A stretch of 64,000 nucleotides of DNA from Trichosphaerium sp. ATCC 40318 (lineage: Eukaryota > Protista > Tubulinea): contig JALMLS010000175.1 in the NCBI GenBank assembly GCA_038496445.1, positions 124,001 to 188,000 on the forward strand, in the 5' to 3' direction. Positions within the stretch are counted from its first letter, which is position 1. The number at the start of each line of letters is the position of its first letter. Position numbers and translations under genes: made by a program. The notes under the pieces were generated by a model. That model was not told where the DNA came from, searched no databases, and was given only the letters and a program-made list of their open reading frames with translations. This document shows positions 41,131 to 52,789 of the stretch, in pieces.

Positions 41131-41489
41131 CTTTGGGAGTGTTGGTGCAACTACTAGAAAAGTATATACACTGTAAACGCCTACAGGCAAGTCTCCACGC
41201 GTAAATACGCGACGTAGGGCGAATACCAGAAATAGCGTTTTTGACTGGCATCCTTCGCACTTAAAAACACCTTCAAACTGTTGCGTAAGTGTAGTATTAC
41301 ATTTGCGATATCACTACAACCGTCACTTGTATTTTTGGTTAAAACAAAACGTGGAAGTTCCTTACAGTTGCAACACTCCCACAACTCACAAACAGCAATC
41401 AAACATTTTTGTACATAGTATAATCAGCGTTAACCTTAATTTGACCGAATACGGAATATAACATACCAAAAAGGCAACACCACTTCATC

Positions 41490-41734
41490 ATGCAAGCACG
41501 GTTTATACTTCTGCTTGTAGTTCTAATAGCTCTATGTGCTATAGTACACAGTACGGGTTAAACAATTGTGAAGCTCTCAAATAATGGCTGCTAGGCAATC
41601 AGAATCGTAGACAGCGAGAAAATACCAAGCACGCTACACGGTCAAACGCCTGGAAAACCTTTACGGACGCACACAGGCGTGTAGCTAGAAAATATCGCTC
41701 ACGCCCTCATCGACGTCGTCACAGATCATATTAG
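41490..41734 (+). CDS. Candidate small secreted peptide (2 exons; second-exon frame ambiguous)
   Basis: MQARFILLLVVLIALCAI signal-like start followed by GTAC donors; one splice option gives TARNTKHATRSNAWKTFTDAHRRVARKYRSRPHRRRHRSY*. Confidence 0.4.
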
Positions 41735-41989
41735 GTTAAGAAACACAAGGTAGTAAGCTGTAATAAAGTCTTCTGTTTTTCAGGCAACTGAGAAGCTTTA
41801 ATCTTCCTATTCGCACAAACAGCCTCTGAGAAAAACGCACGCGTACTTTGTCAGTAGAAAAACAAAAAAGTTTTCAAGCGAAAGTGGTTCTTTATTTGAA
41901 ACCTCAAAGGGTACCTTAGGTATCCAAGGGTTTCAAAGAAAATTTGTAAAAAAAACCACGTGTGGTTTTGTTCTACAACGACATTAAAT

Positions 41990-44581
41990 TTAATCATCCC
42001 AATCATCTTCCTAAAACGAAATATAAGATAAGAGAAAACATGTGAAAAAAATATTTTGGAGTTTTTTTTTGGTTTAGAAATTTACGTACATCTTCATCAG
42101 AATCCAAAAGAGCAAGGTTACGTGCATCCAATGCATCACATAAAACTTCATGTAAAGAAAATGCAACGTTTCTCGATTCTTCAAGGTTCTTTTCTCGCTC
42201 CTTTTAACAAAGAGTTAAGATTCAAACATAATGACGGAAATGTGTGAGATTTGCTGGTCAGCTGACATCTCTGGTTGCCTTTTTCTTTAAACACCTAACA
42301 GAGTGGTACTCACCTTTCGTACTGCATCTTGATTAACTACCTTCAGCTTCGCACCACGTTGAATATCACCAAGTAAGTCTAAAAAACAAACGTCAAGGCT
42401 AAATACAAACTAACTTGCACATGACGGCGTTCAAAGCAGACATAGTTGATACAATTTTTAAAGTAAATCTTTCACTCACCAGTAATTTGCAGCCCGCCAC
42501 CAAGAGAATCCTTGCGTTTGGGTTGGAATGTTGTAGGAACTATATCAGTGGTGTTAATATCACGTGTTGTTTTGTATGTTTTTAAGAAAATATTACAAGA
42601 GAAAAAAAGGGTCGAGACGTACCAGAAGGTGGGATTGGTGCAGGTGCTGGTTTTGGTGCACTACATTAAAATAATTAGGAACGGTTAACTCTTATTTTTT
42701 TGGAAAACAAATGGGAGGGGTGCAAAGTAGTATAACATACTTTGGAGTTGCTTTTTTTTCGTATTCCTGAATTTTTTTTGTTGACTTTGCCACATTCACA
42801 AAATAGTCATGGTAAGCAGTACGATACTTTTCTTGATATTGCAATAAATTCTTATGAAATGGTTTCCATCCTAAACGAATATTACATACAACGAAGGAAA
42901 AGACAAAAATACAAAGGTAAAAACAAACAGTTCAACATTTCTTGTGTTACCTTTTAGATCTTTAGTATTCTGGATTGGAAATACTTCTACAAGACCATTC
43001 AGATCATTTCTTAGCTCATCAAAATGCTTTGTAACTCGAGAAAGAAGCTCAGATACAACAGCGAATCTCTAAATAAATAGATTAAGGGCAATGAGGTCAC
43101 CTTCCATAAGGAAACAAACCTCAGTAAGATCATCCATTTCTGCACGTTCTTTTTGCATTGACTCTTCCATTGTAGCTAAAGAATTAACAAACTCATGGAC
43201 TTTGGCATCAATAGTATTTTGTTGTTGATGTATAGTTTCCCTACGACTTTTTCTCAAATCCCTTTTTTGTGTTGGTTAGAGACATCAACAAACAATCATC
43301 AGTTAGCATACCTGCGCTCGTTTTTAGACATTGTCATGCGTCTTGATCGTTTTGCTTTACCAGCACTAAGGCTTGCCCTACTCTTACTCATACTAGCATT
43401 TCTATTTGAACTTCCACCGCCAATACTTCAAGTGTGTTAGTTTTATGGATAATGGTAGAATTGGATATCCGTTTGGTAGTTTGTTGAAATTAAAAGTTTG
43501 ATATTTTGTTGACATTGCATACCGCACGCTCGCTCTAGACGATTGTCTGATCTTCTCTTTGGATACTAAATCTTTCATAGACATAGACGGGCTGGCCTTC
43601 AATGGGTTATAAGCATGTTGACGCTCGAATATTACAAATTAATTAAAAAAGACTACAACTTACTTTTCTGCTAGTTGTGGTAGTGCCGCGTGGCATGCCT
43701 GCGCCGACAGTAGAATTCGAAGAACGTGCGTTCGCCGATGATTTAGTTGTAACATAAGCATTCACTAATATTATTTGAATCACGTGCGGTGCAATATACT
43801 GTAAAATAAACAATTTTTTGTACCAGCTGTTCTTTTTTTCACTGCATTTATAGGTTTTTTGTTTCCAACAACTACTGCCGCTCTAGATCTATTTCCTACC
43901 ACAACCGATCTCTTTCCGACAACAACGCTCTTTCTTGGTGATGCTACAACGCTCTTGCGTGGGGAAGCAGAACCAACCCTAACAGTAGACTTATTTGGAG
44001 CCTAAAAAAAAAAAGACAAAATTAACACAACAAGCGAAAGTAATGCTAAATAATCGTACTGGAGGTCCTCTTCTTCCAACAGAAATTACTCTATTCCCTG
44101 TAGTACGTGTTGTAGATCTTGTAGGCGTATTCTTTACCATAATAGAGGCTCGCTTGTTATTGCTAAAGAGACCATTATGGACAACAATCCAGATCTTTCG
44201 AAAAAACAATTATCAAAAAAATTAAGCGTTTCGTAATCGAGGTATTTGTAACCACGTGATATGTCAATAATAATATGGGTTCATTCTATCTATGTATCGC
44301 CCTCATTTCGATTGGTATAAAAATGAAATTTTCCTTCTCAAATCCCACGTGTAGGTTGAAAAAAAGCTTCTTCTTCGACATGACGTACTTAAAACTGAGC
44401 GTATTGCTTTTTGGAGCACCACTCGACCTTCGATTGCCATTAGCGATGCGACTTTCCCATAGCTGGGACGCGCTGCGAACCCTTTGACCGAAATAAACAA
44501 ACTGCGCCAGCGTACTTTTGCGCTAACAAAAAAAAAAAGAAAGCGAAAACTTTTACGCCACCTGTTGCCTCCTGTTGCCAT
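41990..44581 (-). CDS. WH2-C-A (WCA) tail protein, putative Arp2/3 nucleation-promoting factor
   Basis: WH2 DLLGDIQRGAKLKVV; C helix SLHEVLCDALDARNLAL; acidic end DSDEDEDDWDD*; preceded by short Pro-rich exons, a coiled coil and an S/R/V-rich N-terminus. Confidence 0.8.
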
Positions 44582-44803
44582 GTTGTGTTATATAATTTAT
44601 TGAGTGTTTGTATTAGCTCTACTGCAGGTTGAAGGGTTAAGCAAATGAAAACAGGCCAAGACAGAAATTCAACATTTTTTGACAAAAAAAAGCTCCAAAA
44701 AAAAAAAGATCAATAAAAGGCGTAATTACACGTCTTGTAGTGGTCATATATTTATGTTACAGTGCTTTCTTTACTACTATTCTATTATACTATGCCATTA
44801 AAA

Positions 44804-45616
44804 CTAAGCTGTCTTCTGAATTGTAGGTGTAATAGTGTAATCAACGAAATCATCAAAATAAGATTTCTTCGAGTCATAAACTTGTCTTGAAATGATTGAT
44901 AGGCTATCTACCGCTCTATCAATAGCAAGAATACCATCAAGATGATCAATCTCGTGCTGTAGTAGCTATAAAAGCAGAAGTTAATGAATTTCAATTTAGA
45001 AACTGTTACAACTATGTACCTCACTCAATGATTTTTCAAGCCTCTCCATCTTACAAACATTACCATTTACATCCGAATACTGAACGCTTATAGACTCATG
45101 ACGACGTACCTAAATCTTAATGATCAGTACATAATCTTATAGGTAGGTTTAGCGCACTTTAATCATCAACCAAGGCATAGACATGCAGTCATCCCACAAG
45201 GTGAATTTCTCTTCACTTCTCCACGTGATTATCTTTTTTTCGTTAAAAAACCGTAAAAATAGTTGTCGTACTGGATTTATCATTGTAAATGGTTCTTCAC
45301 CGAGGTTTAATGCTATAAAACGCTTTGAAACGCCTGATAATTGTCAGTGGACATTTCAACGTTTGTGATCACTCTTGTACCTATTTGAGGTGCGCTAATA
45401 GCGCGTCCGAACCCATTTTTACGCCTAAAGTCTTCGAGAGTAGCGTGTAGAGCTTTTATTTCATTTAAGAGGTCATCGGACACGTCATGTACTTCCGTAC
45501 TTCTCTGACGCAGCTTAGGCTCGCCTATGACGTATTTTAGCGAAAATAAAAAGTCTCCATCTGTTTTTTTGCTAACCTAGTTCTAAAACCTCCATTCTTG
45601 TCGTTTTTGATTGCAT
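44804..45616 (-). CDS. def: Peptide deformylase, GRAISAPQ/WDDCMS variant
   Basis: LGEPKLRQRSTEV; motif 1 GRAISAPQIG; motif 2 WDDCMS; motif 3 LLQHEIDHLDGIL; about 5 introns. Confidence 0.9.
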
Positions 45617-45947
45617 TGTTGTGTTGTTGTTGTGTTAAAATAATGTAAAACAAAAAAAAACCGTTGACTGATGTTCCCAATATCAATCTTTAACGAAGTT
45701 TTTTTTCGGTTTTTTTGCAAAGTAGAGAACATTTCTCAGTTAATTCTATCATACGTGGCTCACACCAAGACCCATACAAGCGCACTTGGGCACCTCCGGC
45801 ATTGATACGAGTATGTCGTTAAGTTAAGCATACGTTTTAAGGCTCACAGTAAAGTACAACACTGGCGTGTAGTCAAAACTCTCATGGCTGATATAAAAAT
45901 GCTTTGTGAAATAGATACGCAGCCAGCGTACGTGATTTACGCAAAAA

Positions 45948-47306
45948 ATGAGCGTTTTGCTCAAAATGAAGATATCTCTTGTTAAACCTTGTGTTAGGCC
46001 ATTGGAATTGCTTTCTTTACCTACTGAGATAATATTTTGTATATTGTCTTTATTGGGTAGACATTGCCGTATATCTGCTACGTTTGTTTGTAAATTCTTC
46101 TCTACAATCATTCTACACCATTTGGGATATTATGAGATCAACTTGAGCAATACAAGCGATCTACCAAAACTCAAAGGAAGTCCATTGCTTAAAAATACAA
46201 CAATATCTTTAAACGTCGAAAATTTTACGCTCACCGAGGATGACTATAAAAATATCTCTGGAGTACATAGCCTATACATAAGTGGAGATACTATATTAAC
46301 AGATACAAAATTACAACACTTATCAGGAGTGCATAGCCTGGAACTACGTATATCAAAGAGTAAATCCAACTTGACAAATGTTGGATTTAAATCACTTTGT
46401 GGGATCCATACATTAGACTTATCCTGGGGGCTTTTTAAAGAAGAATGGCTTGAAGAACTTGGTACTGTTCATACAATCAAGCTTGTCGGTACCAATATAA
46501 CAGATAAAGGACTTGCATTACTCTCTGGAGTTCGCAGTATTGATTTATCAGATTGCAAGCAAATTACTGATAATGGTGTCATTACCATTTCACGTGATAT
46601 AAATAAAATACAGCTTGAAGGCTGTGATATTACAGATAAAAGTGTAAAAGCACTAACAAATGCAAGTTTTATATCTTTGATTGGCTGCAAGAAAATTACT
46701 GATGAAGGAGTAAAGTACTTATTATCACAAAATCAAAAAACAAAGAAAATTAAAAAAATTGCTCTTGATTGGTGTAGGCAAATATCAAATGATGTTTTGA
46801 AGCTGTTGGCCGGTATACCTTGTATAGAACTTCTTGATTGTGAGCAATTGACTGATGAAACTCTATCACATTTATTAGGTGCATATCACATAGACTTAGG
46901 AAATTGCACGTCTTTAACAAATGATGGGATAAAACAACTTGCAGGTGTTAAATTAATTGATATTTCAAGTCTGGATGTTGATGATACTACGTTAAAGGCA
47001 CTTGCTGGAGTTCACACAATTATACTTGATAGAACACACATAACAGACAAAGGACTTGGTTATTTAATTGGAGTTAAAGTAATCAGCCTTGAGGCTTGTA
47101 GGAGCATAAGTGACAAAGGTGTTAGTAGTCTTGTTGGTGTTAACGCAATTTCTGTAGATGGTTGCTCACAAATCACTGACAGAAGCATTGAAAATTTGAA
47201 AAGTCTTCATTACATTCAATACCATGCCACTCAAATTACAAAAAGAATGGTTGATAAGATATTATTCCAATCACATGGAGAAAAGCGATTGTGGCCTGAG
47301 TTTTAG
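45948..47306 (+). CDS. Intronless F-box plus LRR protein, paralogue of 5311-6291
   Basis: LLSLPTEIIFCILSLL F-box; GVHT/S.L...ITDKG...L repeats; shares the post-F-box II..(Y/H)LGY segment with the first copy. Confidence 0.9.
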   Translation: MSVLLKMKISLVKPCVRPLELLSLPTEIIFCILSLLGRHCRISATFVCKFFSTIILHHLGYYEINLSNTSDLPKLKGSPLLKNTTISLNVENFTLTEDDYKNISGVHSLYISGDTILTDTKLQHLSGVHSLELRISKSKSNLTNVGFKSLCGIHTLDLSWGLFKEEWLEELGTVHTIKLVGTNITDKGLALLSGVRSIDLSDCKQITDNGVITISRDINKIQLEGCDITDKSVKALTNASFISLIGCKKITDEGVKYLLSQNQKTKKIKKIALDWCRQISNDVLKLLAGIPCIELLDCEQLTDETLSHLLGAYHIDLGNCTSLTNDGIKQLAGVKLIDISSLDVDDTTLKALAGVHTIILDRTHITDKGLGYLIGVKVISLEACRSISDKGVSSLVGVNAISVDGCSQITDRSIENLKSLHYIQYHATQITKRMVDKILFQSHGEKRLWPEF

Positions 47307-47522
47307 ATATGCCTTAACATTAATAAAACTTGTGTTTTCATTCTGCTAATACATTCTACTGTGAACGTTCACACTTGTACGATATCGATAATAAACACGC
47401 TCTGTCTCTCCAAAAAACAGCTACTAATTTTTTCTTTGTCTGAATCAAAGTTTAAAGCACGAAGTGGATTATTACAAAAAAAACCTTGTTTTACATTCTT
47501 TTTTTTTTCTTACTTATTCTTC

Positions 47523-49503
47523 TTAATTCACAACTATAGGTCTTTGACCAACACCTGAAGGCTGTACAACTATTTTACCATTTAAAACAGATACCTTAAC
47601 TTGTTGATTTGGGTTTATTTTACCTAGAAACTAAAGTAAGCAACAAAAGGGAGAAAAAAAATAACAGTGCTGGACTGTTACACGTACCACTTAATTGAGC
47701 TTCAGCCAACTCACTAACAACCAATTTTTCAACTGCATTCTTCAGTGAACGAACACCATAAGCCTCATTATAAAACTTAACAAGCCAGGAGACTAGTCCT
47801 GCATCCCACTGCAACGTCTACAAAAATAATTAACTACAAAAGGAACAAAGAGACACTACTATGCGTACAATATTATGTTTTGCTAAAGCTCTTGCACGCC
47901 ATTTAATTAGAATCTTAGATATTATAGTACCAACCTCGACACTTCAAAGAAACAAGGTTTAGGACATTGGAACTTTAGTAAACGGATGGCGTACGGTTTT
48001 AGAGGTAGGAATGGTACAATCTCTCCTATACGACCTATGAACTCGTCTCGTTTAAAGGCTTCTTTAAGAGGTGCGTGTAGAGCAGATGCAAGTTCTTCAT
48101 CCAGTTTTACTTGTTGTTGCTTAGTGAGAGACCTTTGAAGAGATCTAACGTAGTGGTTTAGTACTAAAGCAAGTATCTTGTTTACTTTACCTAATTTGAT
48201 AATGTTCTTTAATGACATCTGATGCCACATTTGATGTCATAACGAATATAGCTATACAAGTAAGCGTAAAGAAACAAACACAACAGCGCGTAGCGGGAAG
48301 TTTTAGTTAAGTTACCTTCTTTGCAGTTTAAGGTTTCACCTTTCCCTGTTGTGAGACGCCCTTCATCAAAAAGTTGCAATAAAATTGTAAGAACATCTGG
48401 ATGTGCTTTTTCAACCTCATCTGATACAATTGTAAGCGAAAGGCTAAGCTAAAACAACATACCAAGTAAAATAATAGGATTTTGCACTTTCTTTAACGAT
48501 AACACCAATAATGTGTCCTCTGCATAGCCCAAGTACCCAGGTGGGGCACCAACCTATAAATACGTAAATTTAAAGCAAAAGTAAACAAGGAGGTAGTCAG
48601 TTGACGCTTGCTCTACGTACAAATTTATTTACTGCGTTCTTCTCCTGGTACTCAGACATATCTATTCTTACAAATCCAGATGGATCATCGCCATAAAGCA
48701 TATTCGCAACTACTTTAGCCATCTTTACAAAAAAAATATGTCAACTTTTTTCAAAAGGTGTCAGAAGTTACCTCTGTTTTACCAACACCTGATGGACCTG
48801 AAAAGAGCCAAACGATGGGTCTGTCTTCATCTGTCCATCCAGATTGTAACCTCCTTATAGCCTTGCAAACTGATGTTACCGCAAAGCTCTGACCAACAAT
48901 TGTTTCTCTGATTAGTTGCTCAACGTTTCGCGCGATTTGCTTCCTTGGTAGTAGGCGTGCTTCCTCTATTGGCTTATCGCCGCCTTCTGTATTGCTTGCA
49001 CCAGCTGCGCCACTGTTTCCATTTGAGCTTCCACTAGCTTTGAACACGTTTAGAATCATATTCTAATAGTACACTAAAGATGTACCTTGCAACTGTGGCT
49101 TTAGAACAAGTGGTTTTAACGTTTCTGCTCTTGCTATGTACTAGAAAAAATATTAGTTACCGTGGACGCACAGATAACGAACCGTTGTGATGCGCTGTTT
49201 GATTGTTTTTTGTAACTATAACAATTATTAGTCGTTTTAACCGCCAAATACCTGAGCTTGTACCTCAGCGTTTTTCTCATCTACGTAATGGCGTCAGAAA
49301 CAGAAGTGTAAAGTGTAATTTGAGAGGTTAATATTTTGCCTCCTAAGTTTTTAGGATAACTAACACGTACATTTTAAGCCCGTTTGAAGGTATTCAATGC
49401 CATGAAGATAATTTTGAAACGCATTTGGGTAATCACCACTCTCATCCGCTGCACACGCCACTTTTATAAGCGCGATGCCCTTGTCGATAAATTGTTTAGA
49501 CAT
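47523..49503 (-). CDS. MIT domain fused to Skd3/CLPB-type (ClpB NBD2) AAA+ ATPase
   Basis: MIT: [53 protein letters not shown]; AAA: [13 protein letters not shown]...[92 protein letters not shown]. Confidence 0.88.
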
Positions 49504-49659
49504 TTGAGCGGGTTTTACGCTGTGTTTTAAAAAAAGAGCCTCGGTGATGCCCCTATTCAAAGACTGTGATGTCCTTGACACGAAAACTACCAAGCCGACT
49601 TAACTGGTTTATACGCCGTTTTTTTTATTCTCGTGCGCTATTTGTTACAGCAAGCAAGT

Positions 49660-51496
49660 ATGGATATGGTACAAGAATATTATTCGACAGCGCTTGGCTA
49701 TCTCGACGAACTTTACACCTACTGGGCGTTACCAAAACCAGCTACAGGGTGGTTTTCAAAGGGTGCGTGTGATAACACTAAAGGTGTTAGCGATACGTTC
49801 TCACGAAAGTTACAGGCTGGGGTAAAATAGAAGAAAGAGAGATATGGTTCCCTACTGAGGTTGGTGATATAGTGGTTCACTGGGATAGCGACTGGACACA
49901 TCGTAGTGACCATTTTATGCGCTCAGGCCATTTTGAAACACCAAACACTGCATACTCCTCTATGCTACCTAAAGAAGTTCAAAACGGTATGAAATAGCTC
50001 TTTCTTTATTTTGGTTGTATTCTTTTTTTGCTTGTTATCGTTCACATTGCTACATGCGACAAAAGAAGCAACATCGAGCACAGTAGCGCTACTTTTAGTG
50101 AACTTATTTTTTTTGCTAGCGTATTTTATGCTCATGCTTCCCAACAAAGATGACAAAGATTGCAGGCGTACGTTTGGCATTGTAAATATTTTTTTAATCG
50201 TTTACGGCAAAAAAAAACCTTTTTCTATTTTTTACGCGTTTCGTGCTCGCTTATCCTCACTAATATAATACTAGTTGTCGTTCAAATAGCTGCTACAGGT
50301 GATAACGCATACAATACAAGGGAATACTTGGCAAAACAACTAATAGTAAGCCTTTTCTGGCCATATTTTTGTAATTGTTTTTTTTTTGCACAAAAAATCT
50401 GTAACTAATTTCGTCTAGCACAAAAATATTGGATCGTTGATACTAATGCACCCTTACTATGGTATGTAAAAAATTATTGCTTCACTGTATGAGTGAAAAG
50501 GGGTCTATTGGCCAACTCATAGAGTGAAAAACAAAACGTTTTAGTTTTTTTTTTTCTGTTGCGTTAACTCGCGTTTCAGGAACACGGAAGCCACATGATC
50601 AGTTTGGCACATGTTGTAACACACTCACAGATTTTGTTCTTGGCGGTTTTACTGCTGTTTGTGAAGTATGGAGCATCCTACGATGGCTACGAAGGGATTT
50701 TGGCCATAACGGGCCTCTAGGTTGCACTGGTACGTTATCAGTGCACTCGTCTACTCATCACTATAACTCTTTGTTGGTTTTTCATTAACCTTGTTGATAG
50801 GTATAAGCCAAGGTGGAGCACTTTCTATCAATACAGGTACGATATTTGAAGTAAAAACGACTTCTTTGATCTAAAAAACATTCCATAGGACTTATTGCAC
50901 CATTTCCAATTGCTGTTTGTGCGTTAATGCCTGCTCACTCTGCTCAACCAGTACTTCAAGGCAAGTTGTGATTTTTGTGTTTTGTGATTTAAACTAGTTT
51001 AACGTGAAAACAGGCGCTCTTGGTACTCAAGTCGAATGGGATACTCTAGCAGAGCATGGAAACCTTGCAGGTGTCCATGAAGCAAAACAAAAAGTGGATA
51101 AACTGCTCGAGTACACAAATATTAGAAACTACTTACACTGGGGCAAAGAGCCTGTAAGCTGTGTCGTTTTATCAGCATTACACGATAAATTTGTTCCTGA
51201 AAGCGCGTCTAATACTCTAATACATTATTTGAAGCAAGCAAAGAATTTTACACACATGGAGAACGCATGGTTGAGGTACTTGATACGTTTTCATCTTTCT
51301 TTGACGTTTTCTATTGTTTTTGCGTAAACTCTTTCTCATTTTCGTCTTTTATAGTGGTGGACATGTTTCCTCGTTCCTATTGCATTGTTCTACATATGTT
51401 ACAGCTATTGAAAAGTCTTTTTCAACATTAGCTGAGAAATGCGTAACAAAAGAAACAAAGAAGCTTAAATGGTCCAAAAGCAACTCAATCTTGTAA
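49660..51496 (+). CDS. ABHD18/DUF2048-like alpha/beta hydrolase
   Basis: GWFSKG; GHFETP; VQIAATGD; PYY; GPLGCTGISQGG (nucleophile GxSxG); ALHDKFVP (Asp); GGHVSSFL (His). Confidence 0.85.
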
Positions 51497-51801
51497 TTAT
51501 AAAAAAAATTAGTATCCTCGTGAAACGAGGGTATCCCTGTAATGTAAATTCATAAAAAAGAAGAAAAAGTCTTCCTTTACCACCCAAATCTCAGATGTCG
51601 TTTAATCTTTTAACGCTTGATCAACAATGCTGTACAAACAACACTTGTGTTGGGATTTAGGATACGCGTTAGAGTTGCAGGTTATGCCACAAAATAACTC
51701 ATACAAATTTACGTGTTCGTCACATGAAATTTACGTCTTTGGTAAGTGAACGTACAAAAAATCCAAAAAATGTAATTGATTTATTAGTGTACAAAAAAGT
51801 G

Positions 51802-52692
51802 TCAGTCATCGTCTGCTGTTGACACAACAGGCTGTGTTTTTCTTCTCTTTTTTTTGCGTGTATCCTTCAATGTCTTCCGTTTCCTTTTCTTTTCTTCTGA
51901 ATAAGTGCTATTATGTGTCTAGTTTTGACAAAAGTTAGTTAACTTCAAAGACTGAAAAAATTCGTTAAGAGCTATTACCTTGTGTCCTAGACAGTAAGCA
52001 TACTTCATGAAACCTTCGCAATGAAGCTCTGATTCCATCTCTGTACAGGATTTCGAAATAGATAGCAATGGATGTAGCAACTCATGTTCCATTATCATCA
52101 ACAATCCTTTAGCTAAACTTCCTTTTAAATCAATACCTTGAGCAGTTACTATATCAAAACAATCATCATAAAACGTGATACATATATCAGTATGTTTCTC
52201 TGTATCATCGTATTCCCCTTTATCTGTCATTCTCCGTCCTATTGATTTGACTGTTAGGAAGCATTGTTTTCCTTAATTGCTTACCAATAGTTGTCTCTGC
52301 GAAGCTATCACTGAATCCAATGAGGTCTGTGAGTGGCGGTAATGCCTGGAACATTATCCTGTGTGCAAGTTGCTTCAAACCAAGCGAGTATAGTCCTTTG
52401 TACAAATACTTGTCATACGCGATATACATGTCATTTAGGGTTTCTGAGGAAAACTCATCTGCCCAGTGCTTGCCGTGGGCTTTCTGTAGACATGTAAAAG
52501 TGAGAAATGTTATTTGTCCAAAGTGACGTTCAAAAAGGTACAAAAACGCTGTGGTCATTCTCTTTCGCGTACGTTTAAATCCTGCGATACTTTAGCGCGT
52601 ATTTTGTTCATGTTTGGTTTTGTAAGTATCAGTGCCACTGCTTTTTTAAGCGTTTGAATGCCTGCCTTGTTAGGTCGTGTTCGTAGCCTCAT
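51802..52692 (-). CDS. SprT-like zinc metalloprotease-domain protein with basic NLS-like tail
   Basis: Spliced frame ..MYIAYDKYLYKG..; LLMIMEHELLH (HExxH) and downstream LHCEGFMK (third His); tail EEKKRKRKTLKDTRKKKRRK. Confidence 0.65.
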
Positions 52693-52789
52693 GTTGAGAA
52701 GTTACCGCCAATAACTTTGGAAATCATTAAGTCACGATTAACTGAAATCGTTTGTTTGCCTTTGGTTGCCAAAAAACAATCGTGTGTTT

